64,000 nt of DNA, from positions 124,001-188,000 of the forward strand of contig JAYWIR010000095.1 of NCBI GenBank assembly GCA_036172245.1. Direction: 5' to 3'. The stretch's first letter is position 1. Each line of letters starts with the position of its first letter. The notes beneath the pieces are model-generated. The model had not been told where the DNA came from. It did no database searches and was given only the letters and a program-made list of their open reading frames with translations. Below are positions 1 to 12,800 of the stretch, in pieces. The position numbers were made by a program, and so were the translations under genes. Source of the stretch: Raillietiella orientalis. Lineage: Eukaryota.

Positions 1-807
1 GACGTCAACGACAACCAGCCCACCATCGAGCTGATCTTCCTGAGCGACGACGGCACGCCGAAGGTCTCCGAGGGAGCCGAGCCCGGAGAGTTCGTGGCGC
101 GCGTCGGCGTCAGCGACGCGGACTCCCGGGGAGCCTCCTCCGCCGCCGCCGCCTCCGCGCATGAGGCTGCGGCGGGAGCGGGAAGAGGAGGAGCCGGCGG
201 CGGCAGCGGGGTCAATGTGACCCTTGACGGCGGAGAGGACCACTTCGGCCTGACGACCCGCGACGGGGTCGTATACCTGGTGGTCGTCTCCCGCCCCCTG
301 GACAGGGAACGGCGCGCCCGCTACGCCCTGGAGGTCACCGCCAGCGACCACGGAGACCCGCCACTGCGCGCCTCCCGTGTCTTCCATCTGGTCGTCACGG
401 ACGTCAACGACAACGCCCCGAGGTTTCAGAGGGACGAATACCGCGCCACCGTTGCTGAGGCTGCCGACCCGGGCACCTCCGTCATCCGTGTGCGTGCTAC
501 CGACTCGGACGAGGGCGACAATGCCCGCATCTCCTACGCCATCGAGGATCGGCGCGGTCAGCCCAGCTGGTTCCAGGTCGACCCGGCCACGGGGCTTGTG
601 ACCACGCGCACTCACGTGGACTGCGAGATCGACCCTTCTCCGCGGGTGGTCGTTGTTGCCGTGGACGCCGGAGTGCCTCCGCTGTCCTCCTCGGCCACCG
701 TCCTCGTCAGCATCCGCGACGTCAACGACAACGAGCCCATTTTCGACCAGAGCTTCTACAACGTCTCCGTCCGAGAGGATGAGGCTCCGGGCAAGTGCGT
801 GCTCAAG
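1..807 (+). CDS. ds: ds exon w1 (partial at 5'; cadherin repeats ~EC4-EC6)
   Basis: Frame 1 from base 1: DVNDNQPT...PGKCVLK; donor AAG|GTAGGT at 807/808, phase 0. Confidence 0.95.
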
Positions 808-3800
808 GTAGGTCACACCCTTCTTCCTGCCTTCCTTGTAACCGCAGCCGGGGGGTCGAGCGAAGCGGCTGTCGTTGAGTGCGCGGGCGCGCGGGGGGGG
901 GCGTAGGAAACGAGAGAGCGCCTCTCCCCCCCCCCCTCTTCCGTGGGAGAGGATTCAGTCCGGGAAACTGGCGCTTGCCTTGCCCTCAAGAAGGGTCGGC
1001 GGCCAATGAACGACGTTGCGTAACCCGGGAGGCGGCGATCTCAGGGACTCGCCCACCTCCACCACCACCACGCCACCCGGTTCCCCCCTGGGCCACTCAG
1101 TCCTGGCGGACGGGGACGCCGCGGTGTCCATCGTCCGTCAGCCGAGATGGAGCGCGCGTGATGACCAACGTAGTGGGCTGAAGGTCCTCTGCCCCGTCCC
1201 CGGGGGATTCCTGGGCCCAGGGAAAGAAAGGAGGGTCGAGGAGGGGACACAGGAAGATGCATTCCTTTTGCTGCGTTGGAGACCAGGTGTTCCACCTTCC
1301 CCCGAGCGCGGCGGACGTCTGTCCTCCTTTCCAGCCCCTCGGTCGCTTTCCTCCCCCGCATCTCTTCCTTCCGCGAGTCGGCGGTTCCACTGCTGCCTGC
1401 AGATCTCTCCGGGCGGGGAGAGAGGGAGTTCGCCTGGAGATTTTGATGGCCGGAGGCAGCGTTGCCGGACCGCGGATTCGAAATCCTGCCCGGGGAGGCA
1501 ATGACTCTGCAAACGGGAAAGGAAGGGAGAGTGCCGTGGGTTTTCGAGTCTCCCCCCCCCTCCCCCTGCAGGAGGGCTCTGGTTGGCCTTGTAGCCTCCG
1601 GGTGCGGCGGAGGCGCCCCCGTCGTCTGGTCGGGACTGGAAGTCGACCCTCCAGGATCCTTCCAGGGATCGAGGAGCCGTCCGGGGTTGTCCCTTCTGGT
1701 CTCGAACGTGAACCCTCTCGGGAGAAGAGGGATTCCCCATCGATCACCATGGAGCTAGTGGATCCGCACCTCTCCAGGGCTCCTCCAGTCTCGCGGAGGG
1801 GACTCCTCCATAGGAGTCCCTTCCGCGAGACTCTGGCCCTCTGCACCCAGAAGAGCAGCGGTTGCGGCAAGCCGGATGTACGGACGGGATGTTTTTTTTT
1901 TTTTGAGGGACAGGGGAGTCGACCCCACTCGTCTGTGAGGGTGCTCAGGAGCTCGGTGTGTCTCCTGCCTCCTCCCTTAGGGTGAGGGTCGAAGGGAACA
2001 GGCGGCCAGGAGCTCCACGATCCCGGTCGCAGCAGGTGGAAGGGGTCTATCCCGTATCCCTCCCCTCCCTCCCACGGGAGCCACCGCAGGCGGCGCGCCC
2101 CGCCCTCGCCGCAGCTCCAGCTGTTGCTGAGAAAGCCCTGGCGGCGTCCACGATCTTAAAGGGAGGGAGGAGGTCCAGGGGAAGAAAGGAGGATCCTCCC
2201 TTCCGCATCTTCTAGGACATTCTATTCTCTTGCCCCGCCTCCCCGCGGGGTGTGGCTGCGGACACCCGGCCGCGAGTTCCCCTCTCTCTCTTCCAATCCC
2301 CCCCCCCCCTTCCTCCCGAACGACGAGCTCTAGAGGGTCGGGAAGAAACCACAGGGCAAAAAAGTCCTCCTGGAGCGGCCTCTCCTTCCCACCAGTGGCA
2401 GAAGGGACTCCCCCCTCCCCGTGCCTTCGGAGCAGGCCATGCACACTCAAGGATCCGCTTCCCCCCCTTTCTCTCCGGAACTGACCCGTCTCGGCCAGCG
2501 GCCGCCAGTCCTCCTCCTCGACTTCATTTTCTTCAATGGCGCCGGGGATCGAGGAGCGAACCTTTCGGAGGGGAGAAAGGAGGAGGAGAGCCTCCCGCCT
2601 GTTCCCCTGGAAAGGGGAGGGAGCTCCCGCAACGCATCCCTCCTCCTCCTCCTCCGCTCAGGCGGGAGCGCGGTGCCGACGGATGCGAGGAGCGAGCTGC
2701 AACTCCGTGTGCGCGCGCGTTTTCTTCCCGTCTTCCCCCCCCCCCCGCGCGATTGCGCGCTGCATCCCTGCGGGCGGAACGCCCTCCGGAGCGCTCGCGC
2801 GCACGCGGTTTTTCCTCCCCCTCACTCCGTGGCGCGGGGGCGCCGCCGTCCGCTTCATCACGTTCGGAGAGGTGGATTTATGGCGCCTTCCTTCCTCCGG
2901 GTGCGAGAAGCGCGGGGGCGTAACTCATCCCGCGCGCGCGCGCGCCCGCGGTTGTCCGGCGTACAGCGACGGTGGTGGCGCTGCACTCCGCCTGGGAAAC
3001 CCAGCTGCAGCCCTGCGGTGGACGCGATTTATGGAGGCGGCGAAAACGAACCCGCGGTCTCCCACGGCAACAGCGGGCAACACCCGCGTGCTCTTCCCTT
3101 CCCGCCTCACCCGCGCCCTCCGCTCGCTCCCGGGCACGCACGCCGTCGTCGCCTTTCCTTCTTTCCTTGTTTTCCGCGTGCTCACTGCTGCTGCTGCCCC
3201 GTCGCCAGACGACGAGCTGACCATTCTTCCCCGAGCGGCACGGCCCGTCGTCGCCGTCCCCACGGCCCCTCTTGGAGGGGTCGACCCTCCTTACTCGTCT
3301 CTCTTCCTTTCCTGCTCTTGCGTGGAAGCGGTTCCTACGACAACCAGCCCGGCCCGACCAGCCTACGACAATCTTCCCTCCTCCGCGGCTCAGCCGGACG
3401 GGGAGAGCACGAGCGGCGCTGGACCGTGCCGAACTCGCCATGCCGTTGCTAGGGTGCAGGAGGAGGGGCGAGAGGAAGTCGCTCCGAGAGACGGCTCGCG
3501 CATCGGGCGGAGCCCAAAAAAAAGGGGGAGGGGGAGGAGGAGGGGGGGGAGGCAGCAGCGTCTTCTGCTGTTGCTGCCGCCGCTGTCCTAACGATCGCTC
3601 TTCGCCCTTTTTATTTTTTTTGTTTCAAGAGAAAATCTGGGGGTGGGAGGGGGGGGGCGACATTCCGCCCGTGTCTGAGCGCGGACAAGACTGCAACACG
3701 TGTTGTTGATTAATGATGGCGACAGTGCGCACTTGGCCGCGGAACACGCGTGCACGCGCTTGCCCTCGCTCTCCGACGGGGGCTGCCCTCGCGCGCAGTC

Positions 3801-6800
3801 GAGCCACGACGAATGAGCGAACGGTTGAGAGGAGTCGAACTTCGGGGGCGGGTGGGGAGAGGGCAGTGGGGGGAAGAGGGGTCAGCGCAGAACAGCAGCA
3901 GCGACGACGACCACCGAACGCCTTTGAGCGGCGCGAGCTCTTCGAGAGCTACGTGCGGGGGTTGGGGCAGACGAAGAGGAAGACATCCTCCCTCCTCCTC
4001 CTCGGGGTCGTCAGGACTCCGCTCTTTCTCGGGATCCTCCAGGGTGTGGCAGCGCGTGCTCTCCTTCGTGGGACCTTCCCAAAAAACGGGTGCTGAGGCG
4101 CACATCTCTGGAAGGAAGAGCCTTTCCCGGATGGCTCTAAAAAGAGAGAGGAAGAGGAAGGGTAGAGAAGGAGGAAAAGAGGAATTGGGGAAAGGAGGAA
4201 GGGAAGGGGGAAGGGAAGAGAAAGAAAAATGGAAGAGGACGACGAGGAAGGGAATAAGAGGAAAGGAGGAAGGCAAGAGGAGGAAGAAAAAGGGTAGAGG
4301 AGGAGGAGGAGAAGGAGGAAGGGGACAGGAGGCGGGAAGGAAGAGAAGGAGGAGAAAGGGAAGAGGAGGGGGAAGACCCGCTGCTGCCACCTGACGCATT
4401 TTCTCTCCGTCTCTCTCCCTCCCCCTCCGCCTGGCTCTTTGTCTCAAACCTCCAGGCGAGCTTCAGCATCTCGCGGGTGTCATTACGCGTCCGAGCTCGT
4501 AAAGAGCAGTAAATGCCGGTACGGCTGCTGCAAGGAGATGCAAGGTCATGAGAACGGAGCAGGAGTTTTTTCTAGTCGGAGCGATAAATCGTCGTCGTCG
4601 CTCGTTTCATCCGCGAGCCACGTTAGCTCTGGCTCGAGAGCAGGGCGGGACGGAAGAGGGGGAGGAGGCACGAGCACCGCCCTCCGGTCGCTCCGAACGC
4701 GGCGGCGCAGGGTACCGCCCCCTTCCCCTTCTCCCTATCACGAACCCCCACTTAGGTCGCATATTGCCTGGAGGGTATATTTTGTCGGGTGGTCAAGTTT
4801 GACCTCCCGGCGGCCTTTGCGAGCGAGCGAAGACGACCTACCAGAGCCTCCCTCTGGAGGAGTGAAGATCCCTCCCCCCAACGCTTCGCATGCGCACACG
4901 CACCCGGGGACACGTTTCGCGCGTGCGGTTCTCCAGCGTTTCACGAGACTGCGTCTGTCCTTCCGTGCGCGGCGGTCCCGCAAGCACGTCCTTCTCGAAC
5001 GGGGAGCGGGAAGGGGGGTAAAAGAATCTGCCGAAATGCGTGGGCTGGGTCGTTCTGGCGCCGATCGCTCCGGAGAACAAAAGCGCCAAGGCGAGCCGAT
5101 TTTCTTGCCTTCGGAATCCGGCCCGTTGCCCTCACCCCGGGTGACCTCTTTCGCTGCCGGCGAGAGAGACAGGGACCTCTCTCTCCACGTCGCTTTCCTT
5201 TCTCTTCTCCCGGGGCCTTGTGAAGTCCTTGGAAAGAGACGCGTGCTCCGCATCCCGGACCGCTTTCTTGAGAGCTGCGCGAGCCGCATCAGACCCGGCT
5301 GGCATGGAGGTGTGGACGGAAGGGGAGAATTCGGCGGCGACCGCGGAGGGTTCCGAGGACCGCTGGCCTGTCGAATCACTCGCCATCCCTCGTCTCCTTC
5401 GGGTGTTTCCCGAAACCGCAGGTCTCCTTGCCCCCGCGCGCCTGCTCATCCCTGACCTTTGAGTGAAAGTCCATTCCCGAGCTGGACTGTGACTGCGCGC
5501 GAGCCCATGATTTCCCCTGCCCTCTGTGGCCCTCCTCGTGAGTGCTTCCCTGCGAGTGCTTCTTCGGTACTGCGCGATGTTGTTAGTCTTTCCTGACCGC
5601 GGGTCTGCGACCTGGTCTCTGGATTCTTCGCGTTCATCCCGTTTCTCCTTTTTCTTTTTCCTTCTCTCTCTCCCTCCCTCCAGAAGAAGGAGAGGGGGAG
5701 AACGAGACTTTTCCCTCCTCCTCCTCCTTCCAGCGATGCCGAAAGATGCATCAAATAAAAACGCGCTAGAAAACGCAAAATCCTTTCATCTCACCGCTGT
5801 GTTTGTTTTTCGGTCCCGTTTGTTTGCTTTGAATAACCAATGGCCGAGCGCTTTGGCGTGATTTTGCGATGGCAACTCGGTAAATTTCGCCGAAGTGTGT
5901 GATGAAATCTCCTGACGATAAATTTCGTGTGATGAGAGAGCACAGATTTCATTATCATCCATGCGTTGTCGTATCTCCTTCATTGTTGTTGCGAGCATGG
6001 GAAAGTCGATGCGAGCATTAATGGACGCGGTTTCTTGCGCAAGGCGGAGTCGTCATGGGAACACCGGTCGCGAGCGCGCGCGGTGGTGGAACGCAACAAT
6101 GTCGGAGCGGTCTTGGTAGCCAGGGAAAGCGTTGGCAACGCGAACTACGAGAGCGATTATTGCGAAGCCGCGCACCGTAACCACGGAAACGTTGCCGTTC
6201 AGCACGTGTGGCAATCAGGCGAGCATTGAAAATGGCGTCGAATGTGTTGCCGCGACTCATTACGGCAAAATCTGGAGCGTTTATTTTCCGATTCTTGGTT
6301 TCAATTTGCTTGCTTAAGCTGCGCGCTTCGTCCGAATAAAAAAGAAGGAAAAAGAAGCAAAAAAAATACAGGAAGAAGAAAAAACGTGACCTTTTTGAGG
6401 ATGTAGAAAAATCGGGAAAAGAGGGGAAAAAAGAGAGAGAGAAGGAAGAAAGGAAGAAGCAAACAAAAAAACAAAAACAAAAAAAGAGGCTGCATTTGCT
6501 CTGCAAATTTGAATGAGAAGTTCCGGTGACAAGAACAAAGAAGTTACAGGTATCATGAAAGATAAAAGAGCACGGGAGCGATAAACGTTCGAATCACTTC
6601 ATCGGAGGCAGGGCTAGCAATAACCGACATAAATCTTGTGCTCTCTCACGAGGACGGGCTGGACTGGTTAAATCACAGGATTCAGCAGTTTAATGAGGAG
6701 GACAAAAGCCCTGCTTCCCTGGGAAGCCTCCTCGAAGATCCCTCCTCGCCGCTTCCTAGAGAATGCTGCTCTTCAGCAGCGTGTCCGCAAGCTCTTGAAG

Positions 6801-9800
6801 TGCTCCAGATGTTTCGAAGGATGGCAAGGGGTGGAAAGGCGTAGCGGCATGAAGCAAGAGGGGAAAGGTGGGAAGGGTTCGTCAGGAATCTCGCGAGAGA
6901 AGAGAAAGACATCGGAAGCAGAGTGTTCCTGGAGGAAAAAGCATGGCGAATGGACAGGGCGCATGCTTCCCGTCCACTCGAGGAAGGCGCGCATGGAAGG
7001 GTGTGTCTTCTGGAGCATCAGCGGCGACTCTCGAGGTCGTCGCTTCGGAAAAGGGGCTGCCCCCTCCCCCCCACACACACTTGTAGTAGGAAGGAGGGAG
7101 CTGTGCAGTGTTCCCTTTGGAAAGTGCAGCTCTTGCCTGCTGCTCCTATCTTTCTTCCCTTTTCTTTTTCACCCCTCCCCTCTCCTCCATCTCTCCTCCT
7201 TCCCGGTGAGTTAGAAGAGCCAGCGGTCGAGCACCGAGGGCAGCTTTGATGGTTTGGTTGCCCTCCAGGGCCGTTGCTGCTGCGGCTGCTGCGAGTGGGG
7301 TCTCTCCAGACGCGGGGGTGGAGGGGGAAGCGCGGCCCTCCGCTTCTGCACAGGTGCTAAGCCGATGAGGACGTGTCATTTCGCCTGTCAGCGCGAGTAC
7401 CGACCTCTTTGATCCCTCGTTTTTATGGCGCATATTGGGACCGGCCGCATTTCGACCGAGGCTCCGGGCTTTCAAGCGCGTTTATGGCCCGCTTTGTGGA
7501 ATGGAGGCCCTTTGATCCGGGGGGATTTAAGTGGAAGGGGGGAAGCGGAGCCGTCAGGGCTGCTTGCTGCCTTTTGCAGAGGAACCGCCTTCCTCCTTTC
7601 CCTCCGCGCGGCGCTTCGGAGCGCCGAAAGAGCAGGAGGGGGAGGAGCTGCAGACTGCGCCAAGGCGAATGAGCTCATTTAGCAGGGGTCCATTTAATCT
7701 CGCTGAAGGTTCCTTCGAAATTAGGAGGTCGTAAAGCAGGGAACCGCCCGTTTTCGCCCATCCGAGATGCGGGACCGACGCGTCTTTCGACTGGGGATGG
7801 GGGTGGGGCCGGCGCTCCTTTCACTCGGGGGCAGAAAGCCCTTCCCCCCCCGATTCCGGGACGCATGGGTCGTTGTCGACTGGGCAGGATCGGCTGCAGA
7901 CAGACCCACCGTCCCGCGTCGCCAGGGCGCGCGCGCGCGCTGCCAGCAGCAGGCAACAAACCCCGCTCCGTCGCCCGCAACCTGCGCCGTGGCGAAAAGA
8001 CGATTTCCGAAGATTTATGTTTCCACCGTCGAGGTCGCCACCGTCCGGTATCGGGCGTCACTCGAGCCTCCCTTATCCCCTGAAGATCGCAGGCCTCGCG
8101 GATGCGCTCGCCAGTGCGCGCGCGCGCGCGTGTGGCGCGCACCACGTGACCCGACTGGAACCGTTCCTCGCCTTCCGATGATAATGGAGCGTTTCCGTGA
8201 TGATGATCGATAATGCAGCTTCGCGAAGTGGATCGTGAGAAACCTTGGAGCAGCAGATGCACGGCGCGCCGTGCGCGTTCCCGCAGTCGTGGACCTGGGC
8301 CGTGACGGCGATCTTCTCCCGCCGCTGCCCCCGGCCTCGATACGGAGGGGAAGTTCCGGGGGGTCCCTTCTGTCGGCGGACCGTCTTTCCCGGTTACCCT
8401 CGGCTCTTCTTCTACGTGCCCCTTGGGCTCTGCCGGCCGCGGTCTCATCAGTCCTACCCACCCTTTTGTGTCCTCGCCCGGTGGCAAGTGTGGCCAGACG
8501 GAAGATGCGACTCCTTGCCGAAATGGATGCAGGGACTGCCCTCTTCGGGCTGGGGGACGACCCTAGGAGCCGCGGGTAAAGTGTCGCCCAGGCCCTGCGA
8601 AGAGACGGCCATCTCGCGCGCGAGGGGAGGGCGCTCCGGGGGCTATCCAAAGGAGGCGGCAGCACGCCCTGCGCCGAGAGGAAGAACGAAGCTGCGCGGA
8701 AGCTCGATCTCTTTCCTGCGCTTTTTTCCCCTTTTCCGGAGGGACGGATGCGAGACGGCCCTCGCGTAAGCCGGGTGGAGGCGCCGAGATCATGGAGCAG
8801 GCGTGTCTTCTTCCCGCGCGCTGCTGCTGCACTCCGCCAGCATCGTTGGTCCGTGCGCGTGCGTGCTCTTCGGCCGGCGTGCAAAGGATGTGCTGCTGCT
8901 GCTGTACCCACCTGAAGGAAACCCAAAGGGGCCAAGCTCCCTTCAGCGCGACAGACTCTCCTGTCGTCCTCCGGATCTCTGGCTCCAAGACCTTCCCGTC
9001 GCGAGGCGAGCCAGAGGCTTTTGGACGCCCGGTGGTGCACCCGCCCATCCCCGCTCCTGGGTAAGGGACGAGTCCACGTCTTGAGCGTTTTCCGACACCA
9101 TGGGCACCGCGGGAGAACCGCCCTTTGCGGTACAGGAGCTCTCTCCGGGACGAAGAGGGAGGACGGCTCAAGCATGGAGGTCGCCCCTGACCAGGACACG
9201 TCTCGGAAGATGACCTTCCAGTGGCAACCTCAAGTTTCCGCATTCCCCAGCAGCAGCAGCTCGTGATCGTTTCCTTTCCGTCTCCTCCCATTTTTTCTTT
9301 TTTTTGGGAGGGGAGGGGAAGGGAGAGGGAGGTTGCAGCGCTTTTCCCCTGGAAGATGCGATCGGAGAACACCTTCCCTGTTTTCCATGGCAACGTGACG
9401 CTCGCGGATTGCCGCCGCGAAAAGCGCTTTTGTTCCTCGTTCCCGCGTGTGGGAGACAAAAAAATACACACACACACACACAGAGAGGGGGAAAAAAAAA
9501 TCTTTTGCGCGCGCGCGCCCGCGTGCGTGCGTGCGTGCGTGCGTGCATGCGTGCGTGTGGTTTTGAGGCTTTCCGCCTTTCCGCGTATGACCGGAGAATT
9601 CCGGAGAGCGCGTTGAGGGGACGTCCACGCCGCCGATGGCCCGAGGGCGAATACTTCTGGGCTTCTCGATCGACACCGGGACGGGGTCAGAGAGGTGCGT
9701 TGTAAGAGGAACGCGCCGCGTTCCCCTGGACGGAGTCCTCTTCGGCCAAGAAAGCGCGTTCTTGCTAGAAAGGAAGCAAGGGAACCGGGAACTCCTCCGT

Positions 9801-12800
9801 TCCTCCTCCCCCTTCGTTTCGCCCGCGGCAGCCGCCGCTGCGACCTGCGCTCGGTGTTACGGAAGCGGCGCCGGCCGCTGGCCGAAGGCGATGGACCGCC
9901 CTGCTTGAACAACGACGACGACAGAGGACGCGCGCAAGCGCCCAAGGCAGCGGCGAGGAAAGAGCAGACGAGAAGCATCTGCATCCCCCTGTCGCGCCTT
10001 TGTGTCTGCTCGTGCGTGGCACCCTATCCTCCCCTCTTGCGTCCCTCCCACGAGGGTAACCCCGCGTCATCGCTACCGCACCAAGGGGTCAGGGGCTGTC
10101 GGCGAGGACGCGGAGAACAGGCTCCCGCTCACGGGGACTTCCCGCGCCTTCCGTCGTCCGGGATCCCCCAGGGGGACGCGTCGTCAAGGATACCGGAGAC
10201 GGGAGCGAAAGGAGAGAGAGGGTGGTTCGTGGCGGTGCAGCGACCTGCCACCTCCGGAAGGTGAGGCGCCGCCCACTTCCGTCCTCCTAGCCTCCGGGAG
10301 AGAGGCCGGACCGTCATCCGGGGCACAGTTCCCGGGGAATGCCGTTGCGCCGCCGTGCTGGTCGGGGGAAAAGAGGAAGGAGGAGGGTGCGCACGGCACG
10401 CTGAGCTCCAGAAGGGATCGCAAGCGTTGCCCGAGAGCGAGGGAGACGTCCAGGCGGGTTTGCACCCGCTTTCGAAGGGAGCGCGCACTCTTGTTCCTCC
10501 CCCTCCCCTCCCTCCCTCCCTCCTCCTCCCCTCCCCTTCCTGGCGTCTCCGGCCGAGGTCTGCTCGGGGCGGCGGCCGCCGCTGATACCGCCTGCGGCCC
10601 GGCGTTTCCCATTGAACCTGTCCGTCGTTCCGGGCCCCGTTGATTGCACTGCCGACGTCTACACGAAGACGAAGCGGAGCCGAGGAGCCGCGCAATTACC
10701 GGGCGCGCCTCACGCAACCTGCCGGGACCGCAACGGGCGCCGTACGCTCCGCGGTCGCGGCAGCGCTGGAACCGCCAATTACCGCCGCCGTCCCGTGTGC
10801 GCTGCTTTTTCTATTTTTCTTCTTCTTCTTCTTCTTCTTCTTCTTCTTCTTCTTCTTCTTCTTCTTCTTCTTCTTCTTCTTCTCCTCCTCCTCCTCCTCC
10901 TCCTCCTCCTCCTCCTCCTCCTCCTCCTCCTCCTCCTCCTCCTCCTTCGTCATCGTCGTCTTTTTTTTTTTTTTTCCTTTGTTTCCTCCTCCTCCTCCCG
11001 TCCTCCCTTCCCTTTCGCTCATTCCCCCTCCCCCCCGTTTCCTATCCGTCTCAGGCGAAAGGACGATTAGCCGCCGATTACCGCAGCGCATTAAAGTAAT
11101 TTCGCCGTTTAAAGCACATCCGAATGACCCGCAGAGGCGAATTCCTCGGTGTTTACTCCACGTTGTCTGGGATACGCGTCTTTTTTTTTTTTTTGCTTTT
11201 TGGGCTTTTCCTTCTCTCTCTGTTTCTCGCCTCCTCCTCCCTTCTCCATGCAACCACCACTTCTCTCGCTCGTCTGGCGGCGGCAGGTCAGTCGCCTCAC
11301 TGCTAATGCTGCCGCCTCTGCTTTCTCCGGCAGGGAGCGCAGAGGTGCCCTGCCCCTCCAGGGCAGCTGGGCTCCCTTTCCTCCTACCGTCTCCACGGTC
11401 ACCATGGTGACGCCGTCAGGTTAGTCGCCCCGCCGCTGCCGCAGCTCTCTCCGGCAGGGAACGCCGAGCCGTCCCGCCCCTCCAGGGCAGCCGGCCTCCT
11501 TTTCCTCCTCCCGTCTCCACGGTCTCCATGGTAACCTGGGTCTCCTCGCAAGGCTGCCGATCTCGCGCTCCTCTTGCCTCTTCCTCCTTCCGTCTGCATC
11601 CGCGGCCTGCCAGGCAGGACCTGTGTTGACTCTCTCAAAGGTCTTCGCTCCTGAGAGGGGCGCCGATATTTGACTCCTCTCCCCCCCCCCCCCTCCCCGA
11701 GCGCTTCCTGTTTGGCAAGTGGTGGCGGAGGTCGCGCGCCTCCCCGACTTCTCCCCCCGTCCCCGGGCCTGATGGTGCGCCCTGCGGCCCCGGCGCGAAG
11801 CGCGGCAGAGCTCGACAGATGCCTGGGCAGCAGTGAGCTGCTGGACCGCCACTCGAGGGAGGAGAGGCAGACGCCGAGGGTAGCAACGGGAGGAGAATCG
11901 AGCGTGGAGGGCGCCCTTTGTTTCCCCTCCCGCCCACGTGCGCTCCTCCCCTCCCTCCCCAGGGGTGCCGAGGTCGCCCCTCGGGCCCTGGCGGATGATG
12001 AGGAGAGCGCCCGAGGGGGACGGCGGCGGCGCTCCTTCGCGTTCGGACGGGTTGGCGTCGGATGGGTCATCATCTCAGGCCTGAAAGGGCGCGCGGGACC
12101 CCCCCTCTCGGGAGAGACGCTCCCTCTCCCAGAAAGGTCCCTCAATGCCTCGGTTGAAGCCGAAAGGGGGATCCGGAGAGGGAGCGGGAGATCTCCCGTT
12201 GCTCCGATCGACCTCGCCTCCGCCATTAAGGCGTCACATTCCAGGTGACTCCATGCGCTCTCGCCTGCTGCCCTCGGGCGGTGCACCTCCACTTCTCGGG
12301 AGAGCTTCGCTCTTCCCGGAGCTTCCTCCCTTCGTCGCTGAGCAGGAAGGAGGAGGGAGCTGGGGTGGGGGGAGGATGAGGGGGATGGGAAGGCAGTGGC
12401 TCCCTCTTTTTCCTTTTCTTTCCTTTCCTTTTTTTTTTGTAGGCGTGCCGCTCCCCGCCCCGCGCGCCCGGACCGGCCTTTTATTGGCGGCCATATAAAT
12501 TCCGACGACAGGAGAAGGCCGCGGACGGGAGGGGCCGCCCGGGGCAAGGGGGAGATTTATGGCTGCTAATGAGGGTGCGCGCCTCGGCTCGTTTTCGGGG
12601 CGGCTCTTTCGGTCCAGCGAGCGGGCGTCCCCGGGAAAAACTATCGGGGGGCGTGGGGACAACAACAGCCCAAGCGGCGTCTCCTCCCGAGGCGGCGCCA
12701 GGCCTGGCGCAGTGCTCCGGCTCTCTCCCCTTGCCGTGCCTCCCCGCCACTGCCGCCGCTGCCTTCTCGGTTTTTCCCTCCTCCTCCTCCTCCTCCTCCT

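Noticed and set aside
808..906. ORF-track extension of the first exon (VGHTLLP...)
   Set aside because: Read-through into the intron; the cadherin pattern resumes at 23212
5840..7070. AT-richer island with faint GTF2IRD2/hAT-like peptides (FH-IIH-AL, LNEKF..KNK, RIQQF)
   Set aside because: Requires several assumed frameshifts; cannot be supported without a profile search
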